A DNA stretch of 64,000 bases from a virus (lineage: Duplodnaviria; Caudoviricetes): positions 1 through 64,000 of IMG/VR virus record IMGVR_UViG_3300029288_005871; one strand, 5' to 3'. Made by a program: the position numbers and the translations under genes. This document shows positions 47,249 through 55,600 of the stretch, piece by piece. The notes beneath the pieces are model-generated. The model searched no databases. It saw only the letters and a program-made list of their open reading frames with translations, and was not told the origin of the DNA. Positions within the stretch are counted from its first letter, which is position 1. Each line of letters starts with the position of its first letter.

Positions 47249-48865
47249 TCACCAAATACCACCTCCCGCAAAAGATTCTAAAACAACCGCTTTTTTGTTT
47301 TCAACATCAGTATCAAAAAACTTCAGGTCAACACTACCTACCGCATTACCCTTGGTCTTGGAAACATAAAGCCAGCCATTATCAGTCATCTTGATCTTAT
47401 GGGGATCATCAGCATCTTTTTGCCTGACTACAATCAAAACATCAGTCGAGTCCTGCTTGAAGGAAGCGGAACCGGCTATATCGTCAGAAGTCGGAGCAGT
47501 TTCTTTCTTTTGCTCTTTAGCCCTTTTCCTCAGATGGGCGATAACCATGATGGCCATCTTTTTTTCCTTGGTGATAAACCTCAACCTTTTTAAGACATTC
47601 GCCTGCTCCTGCAAATAATTAGACCTGTCGGTAACAAAATAACCGATATGGTCGATAATAACCAAGTCATAATGCTCCTCCAAAGAATTTATCGTCTTTT
47701 CCAGATCCTGGATGTTCTCAATATCCCTGTCAACAAACAGGTCGATATAACTTTCCTTATCAGCTAAATCCTCCTTGGCCAACTCCCTGTATGGCTTATC
47801 CAGCCTGATTGATGCCAGCATCTCCACAATCTTGTTCCCTGTTTCTAAAGCAATATACAGGACTTTTTTCTTCTGCCTGGCGACATTGACAGCAAAATTA
47901 CAAGCCATAGTGGTCTTACCGACATTAGTATCGCCGGTAAAACAGTAAAGGTTGCCAGGAATAAACCCGACTATCAGGTCATCTAAAGAAGGAAACCCTG
48001 TCTTGGGAGCTATCTTCTCGAATTCCCTTTCTTTTAACCTCTCTTCTACTACCTCTGATACCTTTCTGGGAACCTTACTGGTATTTTTCTTGTTTAGGTC
48101 ATAATACCTGACTGCCTGCCTGAAAATCGTGTCTACCTCATGCTGTGTTAATGGCGGGGTATAATTTCTGCCAATGTTAACCACCATGTCATAAACATTC
48201 CTCTTGTCAAGCCTGTTAAGAAGGCTTCTTGCCAGCCTGAATAAACCATCATTTCTCTCCCCTGCTCCCAAAAACAGGTAGTCGTTGATGTTAACCAGAC
48301 TACTGGTCAGTCTTTTAACTTCTCCAGCAACCTCTGGTGTTGAGGAAAGCGATGGCATGTTTTTTAAGTTTTCCTTTGTCGGCGGGAAAACCCATTCGTA
48401 TTTCAACTCTTGGTTGTCAACTTTCCTAATGGTTGGCGGAATGATGACATAGCCTCCTTCGCTCCTGACATCAATGTTTTTTCCGGCAATATTTACCCTG
48501 TTGCCATAACCTTCTTCAAACTTCAGGAAGAAATGCCTGCCGCCGGTTCCAGTCCTGCTGATCACCGTAGATTTCATCTTAGTGACTAGATCGTTGGACA
48601 AACCGCTTTTTTTAGCACTGTCATCGTCTATAACCATAATGCCGGATAACTTTCCGGTGATTACTGCCACCCCATGTTCTGTTTCGGAAAACCACTTCTC
48701 TAACTCCTCGTCTGAAGCCAACCTGCTTCTATAGGGAACAACTTCGGCAATGGCTGGTGTCTTATTGTTGTTGACCGGAAAGACCGACCATCCGATTTCC
48801 TTATACCTTTTCGCCCATTTGTAAACTTGGTTCATACAATACCTTTCTCTTTGAGTGATGCCCAA
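47249..48865 (-). CDS. Bifunctional Prim-Pol primase fused to a DnaB-like SF4 helicase
   Basis: GWSVFPV, VIDDD, TGGRHFF, DVRSEGGYVI.PP; GDTNVGKTT, IIDHI, IAH, IAGS..QDS. Confidence 0.9.
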   Translation of the reverse strand: MGITQRERYCMNQVYKWAKRYKEIGWSVFPVNNNKTPAIAEVVPYRSRLASDEELEKWFSETEHGVAVITGKLSGIMVIDDDSAKKSGLSNDLVTKMKSTVISRTGTGGRHFFLKFEEGYGNRVNIAGKNIDVRSEGGYVIIPPTIRKVDNQELKYEWVFPPTKENLKNMPSLSSTPEVAGEVKRLTSSLVNINDYLFLGAGERNDGLFRLARSLLNRLDKRNVYDMVVNIGRNYTPPLTQHEVDTIFRQAVRYYDLNKKNTSKVPRKVSEVVEERLKEREFEKIAPKTGFPSLDDLIVGFIPGNLYCFTGDTNVGKTTMACNFAVNVARQKKKVLYIALETGNKIVEMLASIRLDKPYRELAKEDLADKESYIDLFVDRDIENIQDLEKTINSLEEHYDLVIIDHIGYFVTDRSNYLQEQANVLKRLRFITKEKKMAIMVIAHLRKRAKEQKKETAPTSDDIAGSASFKQDSTDVLIVVRQKDADDPHKIKMTDNGWLYVSKTKGNAVGSVDLKFFDTDVENKKAVVLESFAGGGIW

Positions 48866-49746
48866 TAACGGTCATACCTGTCCCTCATGCCGCCTTTTTC
48901 TGGGTGGAAACTCTTAATCGCAAAAGACTGGAACTCATCCCATTCTGGAATATGACCTCTGGTAACATCCATATTCAACCAACGGGTGAGGGTAAAATAC
49001 ATCGTCTTATGCCTTGGATACAACCGCTTCATCTCTCCTCCTTTAACCAGTTCCAAAAGCTCGGAATGCTTTCTCAAAACATATTCCAACCAGATACGGT
49101 TATTGCAGGCAATGTTATAAAGTTCCTGGTTGGTACAGGGAACCATGGCTGTTTTTGCGGAAAGAGGTTCACTTTCAACATTTACCTTTTTCTTTTTTAT
49201 GTTGTTTTTTTGTTTGACTGAATTGGGGGAACCGTTTGTGGAAAGGGGGCTTTTTTGGAGGGGTAATATGTATTTTACAAGAGGGGGGGTATTATTAATA
49301 TATATGGGGGGAGATTTAGGGGAACCTTTTTTGCCAGCTAGTAGGCTTTTTCCTACTAGTAGGCTTTTTCCTACTACCCCCTTGGAATAAGAATGGGGCT
49401 TTATAAAGCCAAAAACCCTGCCTACTAGTAGGCTTTTTCCTACTACCCATCGAGAATATGTTGTATTGAAGCTCCAAACCTTAGTACCTAGTAGGCTTTT
49501 TCCTACTAGTAGGCTTTTTCCTACTAGCTGATCCAAAATTTCCTTTACTGACGGTCTGGAGATGTGGGTAAGTTTTTGAAAATCTGTCAAAGAAATGGCA
49601 TTTTCTTTTTTACCTTCTCCAAGTGTTTTTAAAAGCACCACCCAAATGACTTTCCATTCATTTCCAGACAAATGGAGAGAACATAGCTTTTCAGCTATTT
49701 TAGGAGATATAACGATACTGCCATTTTCTATCTGGGCATTTTCCAT
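48832..49746 (-). CDS. Phage replication initiator, lambda O-like
   Basis: N-terminal LSGNEWKV..LLKT.G..K..IS..F..T wHTH resembling lambda O; internal iterons. Confidence 0.75.
   Translation of the reverse strand: MENAQIENGSIVISPKIAEKLCSLHLSGNEWKVIWVVLLKTLGEGKKENAISLTDFQKLTHISRPSVKEILDQLVGKSLLVGKSLLGTKVWSFNTTYSRWVVGKSLLVGRVFGFIKPHSYSKGVVGKSLLVGKSLLAGKKGSPKSPPIYINNTPPLVKYILPLQKSPLSTNGSPNSVKQKNNIKKKKVNVESEPLSAKTAMVPCTNQELYNIACNNRIWLEYVLRKHSELLELVKGGEMKRLYPRHKTMYFTLTRWLNMDVTRGHIPEWDEFQSFAIKSFHPEKGGMRDRYDRYWASLKEKGIV
49338..49523. repeat. Five identical 18-bp iterons CTAGTAGGCTTTTTCCTA (putative replication origin)
   Basis: Copies at 49338, 49356, 49425, 49488 and 49506, inside the O-like gene. 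Confidence 0.85.
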
Positions 49747-49772
49747 AAGAATAGAAAACTTTAAGTTATAAA

Positions 49773-49976
49773 TTACTGAATGTTATCAGGATTACCTTCC
49801 TCTTTATCTGTCCGTCCCACATTGCTTTCTACAATAATCCCTGTCTTTTGGTCTATAACAACAATACCTTTTCCATAACATGCCTGACAGGTTATTGTTC
49901 CGTATTTAAGCGTGCCAAAGCCGTTACAAAGGCCGCATTTCTGATTAATAAATCTTGGTAAGGATGTATTTTCCAT
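49773..49976 (-). CDS. Small DnaJ-type zinc-finger protein
   Basis: CGLCNGFG..CQACYGKG. Confidence 0.65.
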   Translation of the reverse strand: MENTSLPRFINQKCGLCNGFGTLKYGTITCQACYGKGIVVIDQKTGIIVESNVGRTDKEEGNPDNIQ

Positions 49977-50034
49977 GTCTGTCTTTCCTTTCTTGGAATA
50001 ATAATAAAACTCTTTCTTTTAACTTGTCAATAGG

Positions 50035-50247
50035 TTAAAGAATATTTTCATTAACATAGGTTTTTATTTCTTTCTCTGTCCACTTCCTGCCTTTATTTTT
50101 ATCCTTCCATGGCCTGCCTTCTTTCGGGTGTATTTCGGGTAAAGAGATTTCTTTTACTTCATTTTCTTTAACTTTATGTTTTAAATGTAATGATGCACCT
50201 ATCTTGTCTATTAATTTTTTAAGATGTTTTTTTTCAGATTCTTCCAT
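50035..50247 (-). CDS. Hypothetical basic protein
   Basis: 70-aa ORF. Confidence 0.45.
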   Translation of the reverse strand: MEESEKKHLKKLIDKIGASLHLKHKVKENEVKEISLPEIHPKEGRPWKDKNKGRKWTEKEIKTYVNENIL

Positions 50248-50259
50248 AATTAAAATTTA

Positions 50260-50440
50260 CGGGGCGGGCAAGGCTTTTTTTCCTTGAGATTAAAAATTAT
50301 AAATGCAACGAACATTGCTACATGATACAACTGATATTTAACCCGCCCCGCTTACCTTGTACCGTAGGATACAAGGCTATCTGCCCATGGAAGGTTTTGA
50401 AGAACCTTCCTTCCCGAACAAATGTGTATATTTATTCGGG
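50260..50440 (-). ncRNA. Structured intergenic region (candidate cis-regulatory or small RNA)
   Basis: Four GC-rich stems in an AT-rich background. Confidence 0.35.
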
Positions 50441-50488
50441 CTTTTAAAGAAACAACTTTTTAGATCAAGTTATTTCCTTAGAAGCTTT

Positions 50489-51592
50489 TTAGAAAGCATT
50501 ATTATATAACTTTTGTCCTAAGTAAGTTATAACATTAACTGTAACCGCATTTCCACACATCTTGTATCTTTGCGTGTCGCTTATAAGTTCCCCGTCTGTA
50601 CCATATTTAGTCCAGTTATCAGGAAAACCCTGTAAGCGTTCACATTCAATAGGTGTTAATCTTCTAATAGACATTCCCTGTTTAATTCCGCCAGTATTTG
50701 CCCCATCTACAGTAAAAGAATAATCGCCTTTAATATTTTTCTGGTTGCGTTGTAAAAATTTAAGTGGATGTCTTTTCGGTTGGTTGTTTTCAACAACATA
50801 TTGATTACCATTTTTTTGTCCTAATCTTCTTGTTTTTTGTGAAATGAGTTCAAATTCAGCCACATAAGATCCTGTCGTATTCCCTTTCCAATATTGGGCT
50901 TTGATTGTATTGGCAACATTTTTACATCCCGATATTTTTCCGTTAAATTCCTTGTCATCGTTTCCGATAGGAAATACTTTTGGTCGGGGTTGTCCTCTAA
51001 GATTTCCGATAATGAACACTCTTTCCCTATTCTGTGGGACGCCGAAATTCTTGCTGTTAAGCACTTACCATTGGACATCATACCCAAGCTCAGTAAGCGT
51101 GGCGAGGATGGTTTTGAAAGTTCTGCCAGAGTCATGAGATAGCAGTCCTTTGACGTTTTCCAGTAAACACAGTCTTGGCTGCTTCTTCTTGAGAATCCGA
51201 GCGATGTCAAAGAATAGTGTTCCTCTGGTGTCGTTAAATCCCCCCCGTTTGCCAGCAATACTAAAGCTCTGGCAAGGAAATCCCCCGCATAAGAGGTCGT
51301 GATCGGGGATATCGGAAGCAGGGACAGTTGTGATGTCATGGGTGTCGCACTCCCCGAAGTGTTTTTTGTAGACTGAGGCTGCGTATTTGTCCCACTCGTT
51401 TGAGTAGACACAACTAAAGGCATTGCTGCTTTCCCTCCCCTTTTGGCCGGAGTTAATGTCGGGCTTATCCCCGTCTGGTCGTATATCATCCCTGCTTGTC
51501 CGTTGCTCTTGTATATGTTCCCCAGCTTTTTCAAGTCCATATCTGAATCCTCCTATTCCAGCAAATAAATCTATAAATCTGATTTTTTTCAT
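50489..51592 (-). pseudogene. DNA cytosine-5 methyltransferase interrupted by an in-frame TAA (51065-51067)
   Basis: Motifs I (DLFAGIGG), IV (GFPCQ), VI (ENV), VIII (PQNRER), IX-X all in one frame; QW*VLNSK. Confidence 0.85.
50821..51540 (-). CDS. Overlapping alternative-frame ORF inside the methyltransferase gene (239 aa)
   Basis: Open for 239 codons; contains LGNIY..GQAG.IYD..GISPTLT and SLSEILE....KYFLSE, both methyltransferase-variable-region-like. Confidence 0.5.
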   Translation of the reverse strand: MDLKKLGNIYKSNGQAGMIYDQTGISPTLTPAKRGGKAAMPLVVSTQTSGTNTQPQSTKNTSGSATPMTSQLSLLPISPITTSYAGDFLARALVLLANGGDLTTPEEHYSLTSLGFSRRSSQDCVYWKTSKDCYLMTLAELSKPSSPRLLSLGMMSNGKCLTARISASHRIGKECSLSEILEDNPDQKYFLSETMTRNLTEKYRDVKMLPIQSKPNIGKGIRQDLMWLNLNSFHKKQED

Positions 51593-52149
51593 TCTACCAG
51601 TTTCTTCAACAATTCTACTTCAGTTTCGTTTTCTTTTCCACAGTTATGGCTTGAACAGAGATAGAGAACTCTTTCCTTTTTACCTTCTGATTCATAAACA
51701 GTTACCTTGTAGATTCCTATGGCTTCTTTCAGGCAGAATTTGGCTTGGCATTTATGCTGTTTAAGTGTAGTTTGTGGTTCTGGAGTTTCTATAACAGGTT
51801 GTAGAACGCTGTTTATAGGAACTGGAGGTATCTGGTCAGTTTTAGCTTCATCTGCATTGATCTGATGCAACTTGTTAGAGTTTTTATCACCTTGCATTGA
51901 TTTAATGTCATCAATCTGATGCAAATTATTAGAATAATTATTAGTCTGCATCAATCTGATGCCATTGATCTGATGACTGGCATTAATCTGATGCACTTCT
52001 TGTCTTAAAGCCTCTTTTAACTCTTTTGTTAAGTTAAAATTACGAATTAAATGAAGAATAAAGTCATTAATTGATATAAATCCATCATCTTTAAAATGTT
52101 CTTTAATCTTGGAATAATATTCATCTGGAATATTGATAGTTGTTCTCAT
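51589..52149 (-). CDS. Ribbon-helix-helix (CopG-like) protein with HQI[N/D] repeats and C-terminal Cys cluster
   Basis: MRTTINIPDEYYSKIK..SINDFILHLIR. Confidence 0.6.
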   Translation of the reverse strand: MRTTINIPDEYYSKIKEHFKDDGFISINDFILHLIRNFNLTKELKEALRQEVHQINASHQINGIRLMQTNNYSNNLHQIDDIKSMQGDKNSNKLHQINADEAKTDQIPPVPINSVLQPVIETPEPQTTLKQHKCQAKFCLKEAIGIYKVTVYESEGKKERVLYLCSSHNCGKENETEVELLKKLVE

Positions 52150-52258
52150 AATTTAGTCTGCATCGATCTGATGCAACCTGTCAGTTTAGCTTTAAAAGCA
52201 TTAATCTGATGCAAGTATTATTATCTTGCATCAATCTGATGCCATTGATCTGATGCAA
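51853..52258. repeat. Nine copies of a palindromic GCAT(Y)(R)ATCTGATGC motif
   Basis: ATCTGATG cores at 51860, 51914, 51954, 51968, 51986, 52166, 52204, 52234, 52248. Confidence 0.85.
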
Positions 52259-52267
52259 CCTGTCAGT

Positions 52268-52441
52268 TTAAATCTTGTTAATTGATTTTAATGATTCTTG
52301 TTTTTTTAATTCTTTCTCTTTAGAAATATCTTTACGAATAAGATCAAGAATATAAGAAGAAAAGGTTGTATAGCCTTCTACAGGAAGTCTTTCTTTGATT
52401 TCAGAAGCAAATTCATTAGGAATAGTAAGAGATATTCTCAT
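52268..52441 (-). CDS. Ribbon-helix-helix protein (57 aa; not in ORF track)
   Basis: MRISLTIPNEFASEIKERLPVEGYTTFSSYILDLIRK; paralog of the N-terminus of 51589-52149. Confidence 0.7.
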   Translation of the reverse strand: MRISLTIPNEFASEIKERLPVEGYTTFSSYILDLIRKDISKEKELKKQESLKSINKI

Positions 52442-52449
52442 GAGTGCTT

Positions 52450-52479
52450 ATTATAACACCAAATTTACACATCTGTCAA
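52450..52479 (-). promoter_or_regulatory. Leftward sigma70-type promoter (near-leaderless transcript)
   Basis: TTGACA-18-TATAAT with TGn extension, 8 nt before the ATG at 52441. Confidence 0.7.
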
Positions 52480-52864
52480 TAAGTAACCTATTACATCTTG
52501 TCATTACCTTTTGGAAGAATCTGGCACAGATTTGGAGGAATCCACCTTACCTTGACTGTAGATATTTTTTGTATTTCAGGGGGTAGGGGTGTCATGTTCA
52601 TGACGTAAATTAAATAATTTACGACATAGTTTTAGCTTTGATTTAATTATTTTATTTATTATTTATATATAAATAATCTTATAATAATCTTTTAAAGTTT
52701 TATTTTTTTAAGATATCTTATATATATTGTACGATATATTAAAGATTAAAATAAATATAGTTATTCCTTTAATTTCTTTTTGTAACAATCTATTTTTATC
52801 ATTTTAAATACTATAGGTAAAATAGGCTTTTTTATTATTCTTTTTTTTAGCTTCAATTTGCCTA

Positions 52865-52893
52865 TTGACAGGTTGATTTTCCTATGTTATATT
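52865..52893 (+). promoter_or_regulatory. Rightward sigma70-type early promoter
   Basis: TTGACA-17-TATATT with TGn extension. Confidence 0.7.
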
Positions 52894-52937
52894 ATATAAG
52901 AGATTAAAAGTTATAAGTTTAAGAAAGCACTAAAAAC

Positions 52938-53132
52938 ATGATACAATTTATAGATTTCATACCTCATATTTTAATAGTATTATTCTTTTTTATCCTCATA
53001 GTAACAGGTATCAACAGCGTTGATTATAGACCTCAACAGCTTAAACCCAATTATTCCAAGAAAAACAAAAAGACTACCAGGCTTATTCCCATTCATTCAA
53101 AGGACGGGCTTACTTATCTTGAATTAAATTAA
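52938..53132 (+). CDS. Small membrane protein
   Basis: N-terminal TM segment; first gene after the promoter. Confidence 0.55.
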   Translation: MIQFIDFIPHILIVLFFFILIVTGINSVDYRPQQLKPNYSKKNKKTTRLIPIHSKDGLTYLELN

Positions 53133-53137
53133 ACAAG

Positions 53138-53323
53138 GTGGTGATATTTATGGACTATGTACATATAAACATTAAAGTATCTAGGAATTCATCAAATAAG
53201 CTAGGAATTATTATTTTATCAATCTTTACTATTTATATGCTTTGTCAATTCAGCAGAGCATGGGGCAGTAAAGAAGGTTACACACAAGCTATAAATGAGT
53301 TAAGAATAGAACAAGGCAAGTAA
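53138..53323 (+). CDS. Small membrane protein
   Basis: Central TM segment. Confidence 0.5.
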   Translation: MVIFMDYVHINIKVSRNSSNKLGIIILSIFTIYMLCQFSRAWGSKEGYTQAINELRIEQGK

Positions 53324-53676
53324 AGCTTTGACTATTGGCTTCGTATTCTTAACATACGAGGCCAAAAGCTAAAACTTTAAAAACTAGCACATTAATAATT
53401 TAATACTATCAACCCTATAAACTAGAGCAAGCGGGAAGGATTAAAATGTCTAAAAAAGACTATACAAAAATAGCGGATATCTTTAAAAATAACCGCTTTA
53501 ATAGTAGAAAATTTAAAGAGTATATAGAACAATAAGCAGATTATAAACTTACCTATCTAGTGGTGAGCTTGTCGAACCATTAAATAGGCTCATTACAAAA
53601 AGTTATAAATCGCTTGCTCTGATTTATGGGGTTGATAATCACTGGCAGATATAAGGGTATAGCGGGAAGGTAAAAC

Positions 53677-53979
53677 ATGACTGAATACTATAAATTAGTT
53701 ATTGATAAAACAGCTCGACCAATGGGAAATAATAAGGAATGGTCAAGATACGATCAGGAAATAAAATACTTTAAAAGTATAGAGGAAGCAAAAAAATATG
53801 TAAAAGATCAATATTTTTATTGCAAAACAAAGTACAAAACTTTTAATGATAATGAAGAAGGCCAAACTGGTTGGATTTATGCTTTTAAAAGTGATCCCGC
53901 TAGTTATGATGATTGTAAACATTATGAACAACACTGGATAAACTTATTTAGAATACATTCAAAACCATGTTTATTCTAA
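53677..53979 (+). CDS. Hypothetical early protein
   Basis: 100 aa; Shine-Dalgarno present; enclosed by an inverted repeat. Confidence 0.75.
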   Translation: MTEYYKLVIDKTARPMGNNKEWSRYDQEIKYFKSIEEAKKYVKDQYFYCKTKYKTFNDNEEGQTGWIYAFKSDPASYDDCKHYEQHWINLFRIHSKPCLF

Positions 53980-54054
53980 AACATTTATAGCTATACCCTT
54001 ATATCTGCTAGTGATACTTATATCTTTATACCTGGCAAGCTAGGAAGGAAAACC

Positions 54055-54375
54055 ATGCACAACGAAACAATAAACATATGGACTGCTGGAGCGTTAGAAA
54101 CCCGTAAAATATCTATTGTAAACAATGCAACCGATATTTTAGAGCTGATAAAAATAGGCAAGAAGCTAAATAATTTCTATACCCATTCATGTAATGGGTA
54201 TAATTCAGAGAAATATGATCGTTTAGCTTTAAAATGGGAGAAAAAAGCCCAAGAGATAACCAAACGTATGAAAGTATATATTTACTTTCAAACTGACCCA
54301 AGAGGCGGAACTATCTATATAGATAATAAACCAATACCAAACAATAATTATACGCAAGCTGTATTTTTAGGATAA
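54055..54375 (+). CDS. Hypothetical early protein
   Basis: 106 aa, CNG..QTDPRG; enclosed by an inverted repeat. Confidence 0.75.
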   Translation: MHNETINIWTAGALETRKISIVNNATDILELIKIGKKLNNFYTHSCNGYNSEKYDRLALKWEKKAQEITKRMKVYIYFQTDPRGGTIYIDNKPIPNNNYTQAVFLG

Positions 54376-54505
54376 TAAATAAGCCTTGCGGGATAGCTTG
54401 AGTTCGCAAGGCTTCAAGCTATCCAATAAAAAACAATATTAAAACATTAAATAGCTTGCCAGATATAAAGATATAACAATATAAACAAAAGGGAGGTGAT
54501 TATAT

Positions 54506-55114
54506 ATGATTTTAGATAAAAAAATTATGGGTGTTTGTTCGATAGCTTCAACAGATGAAACACGGCCTATTCTAACAGGTGTATTACTAAAAGATAACAA
54601 GGCTATTGCAACGGACGGTTATTCACTTATTGAAACAGAATTGCCACATATTGACAATGTGGAAACTAAACTGCCTCCAACGGGCAACCAATATATAAAC
54701 GGCGAAACCATGCTTATATCAGCTGTGCAATTATCTAAAGTTCTTACTAATATTCCGAACAAACCGAAGCTACCTATTTTAGGTTACGCTTGGACTGCTA
54801 AAAGTTCAAATGAAAAAACCGTTAAAATTGTATCAAGCGACTTGGAAACAACAAACGCACCGGAAATAATGACTATTGAAGGTAATTATCCAGATTATAA
54901 CAAAGTTAAACCTGTAACAGAAGTTAAAGCTAAAATAACGGTAAACGCTAAATATCTTATAAAGCTTTTACAGGCTGTCATTAAAACAGATCCCGATCAA
55001 ATCAATAATATTGTAACAATCGAGGTTCGATCAGAAAAAGAACCAATAGTTATCAAAAACGGTAACGGGGAAAATTCAAAAACTTATGCTATGCAAATGC
55101 CTTGCAGAGTTTAA
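54506..55114 (+). CDS. Truncated DNA polymerase III beta-clamp-like protein
   Basis: STDETRPILTGV, IATDGY.L, IEGNYPDY..V, VNAKYL; 202 aa. Confidence 0.78.
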   Translation: MILDKKIMGVCSIASTDETRPILTGVLLKDNKAIATDGYSLIETELPHIDNVETKLPPTGNQYINGETMLISAVQLSKVLTNIPNKPKLPILGYAWTAKSSNEKTVKIVSSDLETTNAPEIMTIEGNYPDYNKVKPVTEVKAKITVNAKYLIKLLQAVIKTDPDQINNIVTIEVRSEKEPIVIKNGNGENSKTYAMQMPCRV

Positions 55115-55287
55115 GGCTTTACTATAACCATCTGTTACAGGTGGTTATAGATAAAATCTTAAATTTCTAAAATTAAAATAATGCTAGTAAAACCTTATAG
55201 TAAATTTAGGCTCAAAGCTAAAGGCAACCGAAATCCCGTCCTACAGCTTTTAGGCCACTAGCCTATAGAATTGGAGGTGATTAAATT

Positions 55288-55467
55288 ATGGACTACTATT
55301 ATAGACAATACTTAAAAAGGCATAATCTTGACCAAACCACTACATCAACTAATAAGTCAATAGACGTATACAAACAACTAAGCGACTACGATAAACCTAA
55401 AAAAGAAAGATGGCTTGATAGCGCAATCAACAAGATCAATAACGGCTACCTGATCGAGACTTATTGA
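55288..55467 (+). CDS. Small hypothetical protein (59 aa; not in ORF track)
   Basis: GGAGGTGA Shine-Dalgarno. Confidence 0.55.
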   Translation: MDYYYRQYLKRHNLDQTTTSTNKSIDVYKQLSDYDKPKKERWLDSAINKINNGYLIETY

Positions 55468-55474
55468 CTACCAT

Positions 55475-55513
55475 AAAACCACTGGCTATTTTTAATCCGG
55501 CTGGTGGTTTTTT
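55475..55513 (+). terminator. Putative intrinsic terminator
   Basis: AAAACCACTGGCT..GGCTGGTGGTTTT plus a T run. Confidence 0.5.
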
Positions 55514-55540
55514 ATTCCTTCTTTTACCTTGCTCTACCTC

Positions 55541-55569
55541 TTGACTTTCTTATTATAATATGTTATTAT
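55541..55569 (+). promoter_or_regulatory. Putative sigma70-type promoter
   Basis: TTGACT-17-TATTAT with TGn extension. Confidence 0.5.
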
Positions 55570-55600
55570 ACTTACAACAATAGTTTAATGGTTTTAAAAC

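Larger units (their letters stand above)
53407..54476. repeat. Three abutting gene-enclosing inverted repeats (25-27 bp)
   Basis: 53407-53433/53611-53637; 53638-53663/53990-54015; 54018-54042/54452-54476. Confidence 0.85.

Noticed and set aside
51065-51067. Stop-codon reassignment (alternative genetic code)
   Set aside because: This is a single in-frame TAA. TAA, TAG and TGA all end genes normally across the window and long ORFs are otherwise intact.
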